A stretch of 64,000 nt of DNA, taken from NCBI GenBank assembly GCA_020724585.1, contig DYGS01000001.1, positions 358,002 through 422,001 on the forward strand. Reading direction: 5' to 3'. The position numbers were made by a program, and so were the translations under genes. Origin of the DNA: Candidatus Microgenomatus sp. (GTDB lineage Bacteria; Patescibacteriota; Microgenomatia; UBA8517). Positions 36,681 to 47,486 of the stretch are shown one piece after another. The first letter of the stretch is position 1, and each line of letters opens with the position of its first letter. A model generated the notes under the pieces. The model ran no database searches. It was not told the origin of the DNA and saw only the letters and a program-made list of their open reading frames with translations.

Positions 36681-38087
36681 ATGAATATACCCTTAACAAT
36701 TAAAGAGACACAAGATGGGTTAAAATCCAAAAAGTTTAGTGCAGTAGAATTAGTAGATGCTTACTTTTCTCAAATTAAAAAATACAATGATGAATATAAT
36801 ATTTTTCTAACTCTTACCGAAGATTCGGCTTACAAAAAAGCAAAGGAAGCTGACAAGATATTAAGTAATAAAGATATAGAGATATTAAGTGAAAAACCTT
36901 TGATAGGAGTAACAGCGTCCTATAAAGATATATTTTTAACAAAAGGGGTTAGAACGACGGCCGGTTCAAATATCTTAAATAATTTTATTCCGCCATATTC
37001 TGCTACCTCTGTTTTAAAAATGGAGAATGCAGGCGCTATAACCATTGGAAAAGCCAACTGCGATGCTTTTGCGCATGGCGCTAGCGGAGAAAATTCAGAT
37101 TATAAAGCTACACTAAACCCTTGGAACAAAAGTTATGTTCCTGGTGGGTCGTCAAGCGGCTCTGCGGCTTCGGTTAGTGCAAACATGAGTTTGGTTTCAC
37201 TCGGTTCAGATACGGGAGGATCGGTTAGGCAACCGGCAAGTTTTTGCAATCTGGTTGGATTAAAACCAACATATGGTGCAATATCAAGATATGGCGTGAT
37301 TGCTATGTCTTCGTCGCTTGACACTGTCGGGACTTTTGCTCATACAATTGACGATATTGAAATAATTTTTGATGTTTTAAGAGGCCAAGACGGCTTTGAT
37401 GGAAATGTTATCGATTTTGAAAAAAAGAGCTTTGATAAAAATAGTAAAATTAAGTTGGGTGTTGCCAAAGAGTATTTTGGTAAAGGTTTGGATAGTGAGG
37501 TTGAGGGTAAAATAGAGGAGGCAATCAAAATTTATGAACGATTAGGAGTTGAAATTGTTGAGGTTAGCCTTCCTCATACAAAATATGGCGTTTCAGTCTA
37601 TTACATAATTCAACCCGCGGAAGTATCCAGTAATTTGGGCAGATTTGATGGAATAAGATATGGAAATGATAGGAGCTTTTTTGGAGATGAAGCAAAAAGA
37701 AGAATTATGCTAGGAAGTTATGTATTATCCGCCGGTTATTACGATGCATATTATGAAAAAGCTCTAAAAGTCAGAACAAAGATGGTTGAAGATTTTAATA
37801 GGGTGTTTAGTCACGTTGATGCAATAATCTCTCCTGTTTCCCCGTCAACACCTTTTAAACTAGGTGAAAATGCGTCCAATCCTTTAAAAATGTATTTGGA
37901 GGATGTTTATACGACTACTGCAAATATAGTAGGCATTCCGGGACTTTCTGTTCCTTTTGGATTTAGCAAAAATGAATTACCTATTGGTTTCCAGCTTTTA
38001 GGGCCTAGATTTTCAGAACATAGGCTTTTTGAAATCGGAAGAATGTTTCACAAAGAAATTAATTATAAGCCAAGAGTGGCTTTGTGA
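36681..38087 (+). CDS. gatA: Asp/Glu-tRNA amidotransferase subunit A (amidase)
   Basis: Amidase signature GGSSSGSAASVSA and catalytic-region GSDTGGSVRQPASF. Confidence 0.9.
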   Translation: MNIPLTIKETQDGLKSKKFSAVELVDAYFSQIKKYNDEYNIFLTLTEDSAYKKAKEADKILSNKDIEILSEKPLIGVTASYKDIFLTKGVRTTAGSNILNNFIPPYSATSVLKMENAGAITIGKANCDAFAHGASGENSDYKATLNPWNKSYVPGGSSSGSAASVSANMSLVSLGSDTGGSVRQPASFCNLVGLKPTYGAISRYGVIAMSSSLDTVGTFAHTIDDIEIIFDVLRGQDGFDGNVIDFEKKSFDKNSKIKLGVAKEYFGKGLDSEVEGKIEEAIKIYERLGVEIVEVSLPHTKYGVSVYYIIQPAEVSSNLGRFDGIRYGNDRSFFGDEAKRRIMLGSYVLSAGYYDAYYEKALKVRTKMVEDFNRVFSHVDAIISPVSPSTPFKLGENASNPLKMYLEDVYTTTANIVGIPGLSVPFGFSKNELPIGFQLLGPRFSEHRLFEIGRMFHKEINYKPRVAL

Positions 38088-38099
38088 TAATTAAAAACT

Positions 38100-39428
38100 A
38101 TGATCTACACACCTATTATAGGTCTTGAAATACATATTGAACCAAATACAAAAAGCAAAATGTTTTGTGCTTGTCCGCAAGATCATTTTGGCAAAAAACC
38201 AAATAGTCAGACATGCCCTATTTGTTTAGGTCTTCCCGGAAGTTTACCCTTTACCAATAGAGAAGCTATTAATAAAACAATTAAACTAGGGCTTGCTTTG
38301 GGATCAAAAATATCTGAATTTAGCAAATTTTATAGAAAACATTATTTCTACCCCGATCTTCCGAAAGGCTTTCAAACAAGTCAAAAAGATGAAGTACTTT
38401 GTCTAGGGGGAAGCCTTTTTGGTAAAAGAATAAACCATATTCATTTGGAAGAAGATGCAGGCAAACTTATGCATGTTAATAACCAATCGTTAGTAGATTT
38501 TAATAGATCAGGCTGCGCTTTAATTGAACTTGTAACAGAACCTGATTTTCACTCAACTGATGAAGTTTTAGCATTCACCAAGGAGCTCCAATTAATTGCG
38601 CGGTACTTAGACATTAGTAATGCTGATATGGAAAAGGGGACAATGAGATTGGAAGCTAATATATCAATGCTAAATGCTAAAAATTCAAATGCTAAATTAC
38701 CGGATTACAAAGTTGAACTTAAAAATATCAATTCATTTAAATTTTTGGAAAAAGCTATAAATGCAGAAATTGTAAGACAAGAATCAGAATTGAGTAAGGG
38801 CCGAAAAATAATACAAGAAACAAGAGGATATGATGAAAATAAAAAAACAACTTTTAGCCAAAGAGTTAAAGAGGGAAGTGAAGACTACAGGTATTTTCCA
38901 GAAGCAGACCTGCCCCCGATCGAAATCGGGGAATTAAAAATTAAAAATTTAAAATTAAAAATTCCTGAATTGCCGCAGGCAAAGCGTGAGCGATTTCAGG
39001 ACATATATAAATTATCAAAAGATTATATTGAAATTTTAGTAAGTGATTTAAACAGAGCAAATTATTTTGAGGATGTCATTGCGAATGGAATGAAGCAACC
39101 CAGATTGAGGTCGCTTCACTCATTACATTCATTCGCGATGACAGTTGCGAATTTAATGATTAACAAACATTTAGATACAGACTATCCAGAGCCAGCAGGA
39201 CTTGCGAGAAAGATAATAGAACTAGAAGATAGAAGTTATGAGTCAGCAGAAAATACAGAAGAAGCAGTAAGACAGGTGTTACAGACAAATCCTGAAATAA
39301 TTAAAAAATATCAAAATGGACAAACGCAGGTTTTGAGTTTTTTAATCGGTCAGGTGCAAAAAATTCTTAGGGGAAGTGGAAACCCAAAATTGATCGGAGA
39401 TTTGCTTAAATCAAAATTGGAAAAATAG
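38100..39428 (+). CDS. gatB: Asp/Glu-tRNA amidotransferase subunit B
   Basis: N-terminus IGLEIHIE...CPICLGLPGSLP, typical of GatB. Confidence 0.85.
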   Translation: MIYTPIIGLEIHIEPNTKSKMFCACPQDHFGKKPNSQTCPICLGLPGSLPFTNREAINKTIKLGLALGSKISEFSKFYRKHYFYPDLPKGFQTSQKDEVLCLGGSLFGKRINHIHLEEDAGKLMHVNNQSLVDFNRSGCALIELVTEPDFHSTDEVLAFTKELQLIARYLDISNADMEKGTMRLEANISMLNAKNSNAKLPDYKVELKNINSFKFLEKAINAEIVRQESELSKGRKIIQETRGYDENKKTTFSQRVKEGSEDYRYFPEADLPPIEIGELKIKNLKLKIPELPQAKRERFQDIYKLSKDYIEILVSDLNRANYFEDVIANGMKQPRLRSLHSLHSFAMTVANLMINKHLDTDYPEPAGLARKIIELEDRSYESAENTEEAVRQVLQTNPEIIKKYQNGQTQVLSFLIGQVQKILRGSGNPKLIGDLLKSKLEK

Positions 39429-39430
39429 AT

Positions 39431-40630
39431 ATGCCCAAAAATTTCATACTTCTCTGGACATCACAAATTCTTTCTCAAGTAACTATTCAAATAATGAATT
39501 TTTTGCTATTGGCAAGAATTTATCAAACTACACAGTCTGCTATTGCAACATCGCTTCTTTGGGTAAGTTATGCGCTCCCTACCATCTTTTTTGGCCCGAT
39601 AGGGGCGGGAGTTGTAGATATGGTAAGCAGAAGAAAAACTTTGATGATTACCAATCTTTTGCAAAGTTTAATTATATTCTTGTATATCTTTACTCATAAT
39701 TATTCAGTCTTTTTGCTTTTTGTGGTCGTTGTTATTTATTCTTTTTTGAATCAATTTTATGTTCCTGCTGAAATGGCCGCTTTGCCTTCTGTTGTCTCGC
39801 AAAAGCATCTGCCTAAAGCCAATAGCCTTTTTTTCTTGACACAGCAATTGTCATTAATTTTTGGATTTGGGCTGGCCGGTTTAATTGAAAAATTATTAAC
39901 TTTTAAGGGAACGCTTATATTTTGTTCAATCTTGCTTTTTATTGCATTTCTTAGCGTGTTTTTTCTTCCTAAACTAAAACCTCGAAACAAAACTCCTCAA
40001 AATATTGAAAATTTGATTAAGAAACTTTTTGATAATATCTTGGAGGGCTACAGATATATAAAAGGAAATAGGACTATTCTTTTTCCTTTGGGACTACTTT
40101 TTATCATTCAGGTATCTTTATCAATTGTTACTGCCAATCTTCCCTCAATTGCGCAAGAGATATTTCATGTCAGCATCTCATATGCTGGAGTTTTGGTGGT
40201 GGTTCCTGCTGGTATTGGAGCGGCAATTGGATCGTATCTGGTTCATAAGCTTATTTCAAAAAAATGGAGAAAAAAGAAAATAATTGATATTTCTTTATTT
40301 ATTTTAGCTCTTTCTACAATTTTGCTTTTGTTTGGCAGTTTAATTTTTGGTCCAATTGCGATTATCTTCATAGGTTTGGGGTTTGTGGGTATAAACATCC
40401 CAACCTTGACTTTTTTGCAGGAGAATACGCCGGATAGTTTAAGGGGCAGAGTATTTGGCAATCTTTGGTTTTTTATAACAGTTGCCTCGATTTTCCCACT
40501 TATTTTTTCTGGAGCCATAACAGAATTTTTGGGAGTAAAAACACTCTTAACAATGATGTCTGTGGGTGTTATTCTTATCTTGGCCTATTCAAGGACTCAC
40601 GGCCAAAAATTAGTAGAGGAGGTTTTATAA
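39431..40630 (+). CDS. MFS transporter
   Basis: A 12-TM topology and a D-M-V-S-R-R-K motif after TM2. Confidence 0.7.
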   Translation: MPKNFILLWTSQILSQVTIQIMNFLLLARIYQTTQSAIATSLLWVSYALPTIFFGPIGAGVVDMVSRRKTLMITNLLQSLIIFLYIFTHNYSVFLLFVVVVIYSFLNQFYVPAEMAALPSVVSQKHLPKANSLFFLTQQLSLIFGFGLAGLIEKLLTFKGTLIFCSILLFIAFLSVFFLPKLKPRNKTPQNIENLIKKLFDNILEGYRYIKGNRTILFPLGLLFIIQVSLSIVTANLPSIAQEIFHVSISYAGVLVVVPAGIGAAIGSYLVHKLISKKWRKKKIIDISLFILALSTILLLFGSLIFGPIAIIFIGLGFVGINIPTLTFLQENTPDSLRGRVFGNLWFFITVASIFPLIFSGAITEFLGVKTLLTMMSVGVILILAYSRTHGQKLVEEVL

Positions 40631-40696
40631 GTTATGGGTGAACAGCGCACAAGATGGTTAAAATCGTATTTCTAGAAAGAGAGTGGAATAGTCTAA

Positions 40697-43600
40697 ATGT
40701 CTAAATTTGTACATCTTCATAATCATACTGAATATTCGCTTCTTGATGGGTTGTCTAAAATTAAAAAATTAATTAACCACGTTAAAGAAAATGATATGGA
40801 TGCAATTGCCATTACCGATCATGGAGCAATGTATGGCGTCATTGAATTTTATAAAGAGGCCAAAAAACAGGAAATAAAACCAATAATTGGTCTCGAAGCA
40901 TATTTAACAAATGACGATTTATCCATAAGAAGCGGCAAAACTCAAAATTATCATTTGACACTTCTTGCCAAAAATTATCAGGGTTACAAAAATTTGATGG
41001 AGATATCTTCAATTGCACACATGAAGGGTTTTTATTATAAACCGCGAATTACTAAAGAAATTTTGCAAAAGCACTCCAAGGGTTTAATTTGTTTATCAGG
41101 TTGTCCTCAGGCAGAGGTTCCCCAACTTTTAATTAATGATGAATACCAAAAGGCTAAAAAGTTGGCAGTATGGTTTTTAGATGTATTTGACAAAGATTAT
41201 TATTTGGAAATCCAGAGGCATTTTTATGAAAAAGTAATTCCCGAAATTGATAATACTGAGCTTAAAAATAGTGTTATAGAGGCAAGAGAAACATTTGAAA
41301 AATACGGCCAGGAAATTATTAAATTAAGTAGAGACTTAGGTATACCGTTGGTTGCAACAAATGACAGTCATTATATTAAAAAAGAAGATGCTGCCTCCCA
41401 AGATGCATTGGTTTGTATAGCAACTGGAAAAGTGATATCAGATATAAAGAGACTGCGCTACATTGATAATCCCGACTTTTATATAAAGACTCCGCAGGAG
41501 ATGATCGAGGCATTCATGGACCTGCCTGATGCTGTTTCAAATACAGTTGAAATTGCAAATAAATGCAACTTGGAAATTCCTTTGGGCTCCTGGGCTTTTC
41601 CAAAATTTGACTTGCCGGAAGGAAAAAATGAAAAGGAATATTTGGAAGAACTAGCCTGGGAAAGATTGCCGCAAAGGGTTAGTGAAATTACGGATGAGGT
41701 AAAAAATAGGCTCAAATACGAGCTTGAAATTATAAACGCTAAAGGCTATGCTCCCTACTTTTTAATTGTTATGGATATGGTTAATTGGGCCAATGATAAC
41801 GGAATTATTACAAATACCCGAGGTTCTGCGGCTGGTTCCTTGGTATCTTTTGTTCTGGGAATAACAACTGTTAACCCTATTACCTACAATCTTCCATTTG
41901 AACGATTTCTAAATCCGTATAGGCCAAGTCCACCAGATATTGATTTTGATATTGCTGATAACAGACGCGATGATGTTATTAATTACATTTCTCAAAAATA
42001 TGGGTCAGAAAAAACTGCCCAAATCTGTACATTCGGTAGGATGCTTTCTCGAGCCGCCGTTAGAGATATTGCTAGAGTTTTGGGATATGAATATTCTGTG
42101 GGAGATAAGATTGCAAAAGCTGTACCGCAGGGGTCGCAAGGTTTTCCAATGACATTTGAAAGAGCGCTGAATGAATCACAGGAACTTAAAAATCTTTATG
42201 ACAATGATCCTGATTGTAAAAAAATTATTGATCTCGCACGGAAAATAGAGGGTAACGCCAGGCATTTATCAGTTCATGCCGCCGGTGTTGTTGTTGCCCC
42301 ATCCAAATTGACAAATTTTTCTCCTATTCAAATGGAACCCAAGGGAGAGAAAACAATTACCCAATACGAAATGCACGCCTGCGAGGATGTTGGCTTAATT
42401 AAGTTTGATGTTTTAGGGATTCGCAATTTGTCTATATTGGGAAGTGCAATTGAAATTGTCAAAAATAATTTGGGGGTAGCGGTTGACTTGAGAAAAATTC
42501 CAATTGATGACAAAAAGACTTTTGAAATGCTTTCCCGTGGTGAAACTATGGGGACTTTCCAATTAAATGGGGCGGGAATGACCAAATTTTTGAAAGACTT
42601 GAAACCGACAAGAGTTGAAGATTTAATGGCTATGGTTGCCTTGTATCGTCCCGGTCCAATGGCTGTTATACCCGAATATATTAATAGAAAAAATAATCCA
42701 AAAAAAATTTTATATTTGGATCCAAGAATGGAGAAGTTTTTGAATAAATCTTATGGACTCTTAGTTTATCAGGATGATTTGCTCTTTTGTGCACTTGAAC
42801 TTGCAGGATACACATGGGAAGAAGCAGATAAATTTAGAAAAGCAGTTGGCAAGAAAATTCCAGAGGAAATGGCGGCCCAGCATGAGAAGTTTACGCAAGG
42901 GATTATAAAGAACGGCCAGACAAAGGAATTTGCAGAAAATTTATGGAAGTTGTTTGAGCCCTTTCAGGCTTATGGCTTTAATAAGGCTCATGCAGCATCT
43001 TATGGCATGGTTGCCTATTTTACATCCTATATGAAAGCAAATTACCCCGTTGAATACATGACTGCTCTTTTAACTGCAGAAAGCGATGACAGTCAAAAAG
43101 TGGCCCAGGCTGTTTATGAATGCAAAAGAATGGGGATTAAAATTTTACCTCCAGATATAAACGAATCAGATTTAAGTTTTACTATAGTTACCCACGATGA
43201 ATCTTTGGAAAAAAAGGCGATTAGATTTGGCCTTTCAGCAATCAAAAATGTCGGTTCTGTTGCTATTTCTGATATTTTAGAAAAAAGAAAATTAGATGGA
43301 CCATTTAACTCGTTTTCTGATTTTATAAACAGGGTTGATGGCAGAAAAGTTAATAAAAAAGTCTTAGAAAGCCTTATTAAAGTAGGCGCCATGGATAGAT
43401 TTGGTAAAAGAACAGCCCTATTATCAGTTATAGATCTTATTAAATCAAAACTTGTAAAACCTAAAGAAAACAATGGTCAATCAGGTCTTTTTAGCGATGA
43501 GGATTCTTTAAAAACTTCGGTTTTAGCAACCGATATTATTGAAATTGACGATTCGATAGAGGAGTATTCAGACAAAGAAAAAGAAGATATTGAGCGAGAA

Positions 43601-43963
43601 CTTCTTGGCTTTTCAATATCTGCGAGGCCTACTGCCGAAATTTTGTCGCCAGTTTCGTTTATGGCAAGCCACAGGATTGAAGAGATTGATCCAGAGACAT
43701 TTTTGGGTAAAAACATTAAATTAGTTGTAGTTATTAGGGAAGTCAAAAATATATTAACAAAACAAGGGTCGAACATGGCGTTTGCAAAACTTGAGGATGG
43801 ATCGGGTTTAATTGAGGCAGTTATTTTCCCTAAAGTCTATATACTTTCAAAAGATTTCTTAAAAGAGGGAAATACCATTTTAGTGTCGGGAAAAGTTGAT
43901 TCTAGAAATGATCAGGCAAATATATTAGTTGATAAAATTGAGGAGCTAGAAATAGATGTTTAA
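40697..43963 (+). CDS. dnaE: DNA polymerase III alpha subunit
   Basis: N-terminal PHP domain (HLHNHTEYSLLDG), polymerase core and a C-terminal OB fold. 1088 aa. Confidence 0.9.
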   Translation: MSKFVHLHNHTEYSLLDGLSKIKKLINHVKENDMDAIAITDHGAMYGVIEFYKEAKKQEIKPIIGLEAYLTNDDLSIRSGKTQNYHLTLLAKNYQGYKNLMEISSIAHMKGFYYKPRITKEILQKHSKGLICLSGCPQAEVPQLLINDEYQKAKKLAVWFLDVFDKDYYLEIQRHFYEKVIPEIDNTELKNSVIEARETFEKYGQEIIKLSRDLGIPLVATNDSHYIKKEDAASQDALVCIATGKVISDIKRLRYIDNPDFYIKTPQEMIEAFMDLPDAVSNTVEIANKCNLEIPLGSWAFPKFDLPEGKNEKEYLEELAWERLPQRVSEITDEVKNRLKYELEIINAKGYAPYFLIVMDMVNWANDNGIITNTRGSAAGSLVSFVLGITTVNPITYNLPFERFLNPYRPSPPDIDFDIADNRRDDVINYISQKYGSEKTAQICTFGRMLSRAAVRDIARVLGYEYSVGDKIAKAVPQGSQGFPMTFERALNESQELKNLYDNDPDCKKIIDLARKIEGNARHLSVHAAGVVVAPSKLTNFSPIQMEPKGEKTITQYEMHACEDVGLIKFDVLGIRNLSILGSAIEIVKNNLGVAVDLRKIPIDDKKTFEMLSRGETMGTFQLNGAGMTKFLKDLKPTRVEDLMAMVALYRPGPMAVIPEYINRKNNPKKILYLDPRMEKFLNKSYGLLVYQDDLLFCALELAGYTWEEADKFRKAVGKKIPEEMAAQHEKFTQGIIKNGQTKEFAENLWKLFEPFQAYGFNKAHAASYGMVAYFTSYMKANYPVEYMTALLTAESDDSQKVAQAVYECKRMGIKILPPDINESDLSFTIVTHDESLEKKAIRFGLSAIKNVGSVAISDILEKRKLDGPFNSFSDFINRVDGRKVNKKVLESLIKVGAMDRFGKRTALLSVIDLIKSKLVKPKENNGQSGLFSDEDSLKTSVLATDIIEIDDSIEEYSDKEKEDIERELLGFSISARPTAEILSPVSFMASHRIEEIDPETFLGKNIKLVVVIREVKNILTKQGSNMAFAKLEDGSGLIEAVIFPKVYILSKDFLKEGNTILVSGKVDSRNDQANILVDKIEELEIDV

Positions 43964-44044
43964 AAACAAAAGTTAATCTAAAGTTAATTGGTCGTCTAAA
44001 TTACAAATTGAGATGGAAAAAGTTTTGGGATATAATAGCTAGCT

Positions 44045-44416
44045 ATGGCATTAAAGATTAAACACAATGACATTGAGTTTGGGGTTGGGGACAAGGTTAA
44101 AGTCTATCAACGAATAAAAGAAGGGGAAAAAACCCGTCTTGCTTTTTTTGAAGGTGTTGTAATTAAAATTTCAGGCCGCAATGAGAGAAAAATGTTTACA
44201 GTTAGAAGAATAGGAGAAGCTTCAATTGGTATCGAAAAAATATTTCCAATTTCACTTCCAACAATTGAAAAGATTGAAGTTATTAAAAAAGGAGTAAAGG
44301 GAGTTAGGCGATCAAAACTTTATTACATAAGAGAAAAGTCTCCCAAAGAAATTGACAAAATTTATGCCCGAAACAAAAGACGGGAAGAGGCAAAAAAATC
44401 TAAATCTTCAAAATAA
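44045..44416 (+). CDS. rplS: 50S ribosomal protein L19
   Basis: GDKVKV...RLAFFEGVVI...RR.G motifs in a 123 aa product. Confidence 0.85.
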   Translation: MALKIKHNDIEFGVGDKVKVYQRIKEGEKTRLAFFEGVVIKISGRNERKMFTVRRIGEASIGIEKIFPISLPTIEKIEVIKKGVKGVRRSKLYYIREKSPKEIDKIYARNKRREEAKKSKSSK

Positions 44417-44440
44417 GCAGTCATTTGTTATACTGTTCTC

Positions 44441-44971
44441 ATGGTTATATTGGGTATTGATCCTGGAACTGCTACAACCGGATATGGTCTTATTGAAATC
44501 GGAAAACAGGAAATAATGGTTAAAAGTTGGGGATTAATTGAAACAGATAAAAATGGATTTAAAGAACATCGGTTAGAAAAAATATATGAGGAGACGACTG
44601 CTTTAATAAAACTTCACAAACCCGACTGCTTTGTTATTGAAAAAGTGTTTTTTGCAACTAATGCCAAGACGGCAATTGCGGTGGGCCAAGCACAAGGGGT
44701 GATGTTGTTGGCCGCAGGCAAATGCGGGATTGAGATTTTTGAATATGCTCCCGGAACAATCAAAAAGGTTATAACTGGATCAGGAAAGTCTAATAAGAAA
44801 GAAGTACAGATTCATGTCAGAAAAATTTTAGGCAATAAAGTTAAAAGCCAAAAACACAAAAAAACACATTTTGACAATGCGGCGGATGCTTTAGCAATAG
44901 CGCTTACCCATGCTCAAACTATCAATAATCAATCATCAATAACCAATAATCAAAAGCAAGTTAAGTCCTAA
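44441..44971 (+). CDS. ruvC: Holliday junction resolvase RuvC
   Basis: N-terminus ILGIDPGTATTGYG and VIEKVFF are typical RuvC motifs. Confidence 0.85.
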   Translation: MVILGIDPGTATTGYGLIEIGKQEIMVKSWGLIETDKNGFKEHRLEKIYEETTALIKLHKPDCFVIEKVFFATNAKTAIAVGQAQGVMLLAAGKCGIEIFEYAPGTIKKVITGSGKSNKKEVQIHVRKILGNKVKSQKHKKTHFDNAADALAIALTHAQTINNQSSITNNQKQVKS

Positions 44972-45056
44972 AATATATGCATAAATTTGATTTGGAGGAA
45001 CGAACATTTTCGAGAAGTAATTGGTTATTGTATATTGATTATTAAGTATTATTCAT

Positions 45057-45308
45057 ATGTTTAAAATTGGGACTGTTACTAAATATCTTGAAAAAACTGG
45101 AGTTTGCATCGTTGACTTAATTGCCGATCTTGGCGTTTCTGATAAAATTCGAATAATGCACAAATATAAAGACACCATAGAGAATATAAAAATCGAATTT
45201 ATTCAAATTGGAACCCAAAAAGTAGAGATAGCCTCAAAAGGAACAACTGCAATTGTTAAATTTGATCAAGCTGTTAGGGAGGGATCAGAAATTTACAGAA
45301 ATGGTTAA
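45057..45308 (+). CDS. Small hypothetical protein
   Basis: An 83 aa beta-rich ORF whose 3' end overlaps the next gene's likely start. Confidence 0.3.
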   Translation: MFKIGTVTKYLEKTGVCIVDLIADLGVSDKIRIMHKYKDTIENIKIEFIQIGTQKVEIASKGTTAIVKFDQAVREGSEIYRNG

Positions 45309-45702
45309 AAAAAGATCGGGGGTTAATTGGGAAACCGCAGAAGATATCGAAAAGCGGACGCTTCATTTGATTAAAGAATTAGATTTAGAATGGCTTTCAT
45401 ATGGCCGATTGTTTTTTTATAGATCGTACGGCAGCAAGGCACGGGCTTATGCTCGAACTTGGGGTTTGCCAAGGCTGTGGCAAAGGACTTTAAATGTTGA
45501 ACCTGCCTATATCATTGAAATAATTTCAGAGCACTTTGATAAATTAAATCAGCGAAAAAAGGATGAAATATTGCTCCACGAATTATCACATATACCAAAA
45601 AATTTTTCAGGCAGTTTAACACCCCACACAAGATCAGGCCACAATAACTTTAAGGACAAGCTAAGACAAATGATTACTAAATTGAATGAATTAAATTTTT
45701 AA
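45301..45702 (+). CDS. HExxH metal-dependent hydrolase-like protein (DUF45/SprT-like)
   Basis: LLHELSHIP (HExxH) near the C-terminus. The ATG at 45301 is preferred over the ORF start at 45253. Confidence 0.4.
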   Translation: MVKKRSGVNWETAEDIEKRTLHLIKELDLEWLSYGRLFFYRSYGSKARAYARTWGLPRLWQRTLNVEPAYIIEIISEHFDKLNQRKKDEILLHELSHIPKNFSGSLTPHTRSGHNNFKDKLRQMITKLNELNF

Positions 45703-45704
45703 GT

Positions 45705-46253
45705 ATGAATTTAATTGTTTTACATGGGACAGATAGAAGGAGGCTTTATGAGAGGCTTACTGCCTTTATCAATGAGGCTAAAAAAAGAGGCTGGGAGGTA
45801 GTTAATGATAAAGTGGAGGACACGCCTTCCCTTTTTAGTTTAGAAAAACTAATAATATTAAGAGATTATAAAAAAATAGGAAAAAAAGAATTAAATATAC
45901 TTAAAAATAGAGTAGGGACGGCTGTTATCTACTGGGAAGGAAAAATACCAGCGGCATTTTTGAAAAATTTAGCCAAAAATACAAAAATTGAAAAATATGA
46001 TCTACCTTTTGAAATATGGAAATTTTTACAAAATATAAACTTAAAAAGTTTTAACGAAATCATCAAAAAGGAGCCTTTGGAATATGTTTTTGCGATGATT
46101 TTCTGGAAAATGAAGCAAAAATATCTTTCTGGTTTTGACCCAAAATACGCCCAAATTATTTCAAAATTAGCGGAGATCGATGCCAAATCAAAAACAGGAG
46201 AGGCGGATTTGGAAACAGAGCTTGATTTATTAATCGCCAAAGAACTAAAATGA
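45705..46253 (+). CDS. Hypothetical protein, possibly a short DNA polymerase III delta (HolA)-like protein
   Basis: A 182 aa helical ORF downstream of ruvC. No strong motif; the HolA guess is weak. Confidence 0.3.
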   Translation: MNLIVLHGTDRRRLYERLTAFINEAKKRGWEVVNDKVEDTPSLFSLEKLIILRDYKKIGKKELNILKNRVGTAVIYWEGKIPAAFLKNLAKNTKIEKYDLPFEIWKFLQNINLKSFNEIIKKEPLEYVFAMIFWKMKQKYLSGFDPKYAQIISKLAEIDAKSKTGEADLETELDLLIAKELK

Positions 46254-46257
46254 GATT

Positions 46258-47043
46258 GTGAAACCTCTACAATTACTTACCTACGAAGATATCAAAGATT
46301 TAAAACTTGTTGTTTTTGATGTTGACGGCGTGACCATTAAGAAAGGTACCCAAATTGAAGAAATTAAAACTGCTGATAAAACAAAATTTACCATAAGCAC
46401 TAATAATTTAACTCCTGAAATGAAAGATGCTTTATTTAAATTAAAACAGAAGTATTTTGTGGCCATTTGTTCGGGAAGGAGCAGTCTTTACTTAACTGAT
46501 GTTTTTAACGATCTTCTTTGGGATAATTTTTATCTAATCAGCGAAATAGGTATTTTTACTTTAATTGATGGAGAATTAAAGCAAAATAAAAAATTTGAAC
46601 GAAAATACTTGGAAAAAATGAAACTTATTAAAAATGATTTGAGTAAATTGGTTGGAGATAAACCTGAGATGGCTGATTTTGAACTAAAACAGTTTTTAAT
46701 TACACTTCATGCTAGTTATGAAATTCCTGAAGTTTATGAAATTATGAAAAAAAATGATCCCGAGAAAGAATTTTATTGTCTGTGGAATGGAGAGGCTTTT
46801 GATATTGCTCCAAAAATTTTAGACAAGGGAGAGTCAATCAAATTTTTGGCTAAAGAGCTGGGTATTGGGATCTACCAAACAATGGCGTCGGGCAATGGCC
46901 CAAATGATAAATCAATGCTTGATGCGGCGGGAATTGGTATAACAACTGACAAAAAATCAGTTGAAGCAGATTATTATACCGAGGGTAATGAGGAACTTGG
47001 TGGATTTGAAATTATTAATAAATTATTAGAATTGTCAAAATGA
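46258..47043 (+). CDS. HAD-superfamily hydrolase (Cof/phosphatase-like)
   Basis: Motif I VVFDVDGVTI and motif IV GNGPNDKSM. Confidence 0.7.
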   Translation: MKPLQLLTYEDIKDLKLVVFDVDGVTIKKGTQIEEIKTADKTKFTISTNNLTPEMKDALFKLKQKYFVAICSGRSSLYLTDVFNDLLWDNFYLISEIGIFTLIDGELKQNKKFERKYLEKMKLIKNDLSKLVGDKPEMADFELKQFLITLHASYEIPEVYEIMKKNDPEKEFYCLWNGEAFDIAPKILDKGESIKFLAKELGIGIYQTMASGNGPNDKSMLDAAGIGITTDKKSVEADYYTEGNEELGGFEIINKLLELSK

Positions 47044-47465
47044 AGGATACAAGTAAATTTTCAGTTAAGCCTTATATTTTAAAAGTTGACAAACCTTGGG
47101 GTTTTGAGCTTATTTTTTCAGATGGTAGCACAAAAGTTACAAGTAAATTACTGCATGTAACTGCGGGTAGGAGATCAAGTTTGCAGTTCCATGATACTAA
47201 AGAGGAAATATTGACTCTAATTTCGGGCGAGGGTATTTTAGAATTGGAGGATAGCTTGGGAAATATTCAAAAATTTAATATGGAGCTTCGCAAAAGCTAT
47301 TTGATTTTGCCTAATCAAATTCATAGATTTAGTGCGGGTCAAACTGACTGTGAAATTATGGAAGCTTCAACACCTGAAAAAGGAAACACTGTAAGGCTTG
47401 AGGATGATTATAAAAGAGGCATTGAAACAGAATCTGATCGTCAAAATGCGAGACAAAAATTCTAA
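47040..47465 (+). CDS. Cupin-domain protein
   Basis: A two-His cupin motif region (HVTAGRRSSLQFH...NQIHRF). Confidence 0.55.
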   Translation: MKDTSKFSVKPYILKVDKPWGFELIFSDGSTKVTSKLLHVTAGRRSSLQFHDTKEEILTLISGEGILELEDSLGNIQKFNMELRKSYLILPNQIHRFSAGQTDCEIMEASTPEKGNTVRLEDDYKRGIETESDRQNARQKF

Positions 47466-47486
47466 TTTTTGATGTATATTTAATAT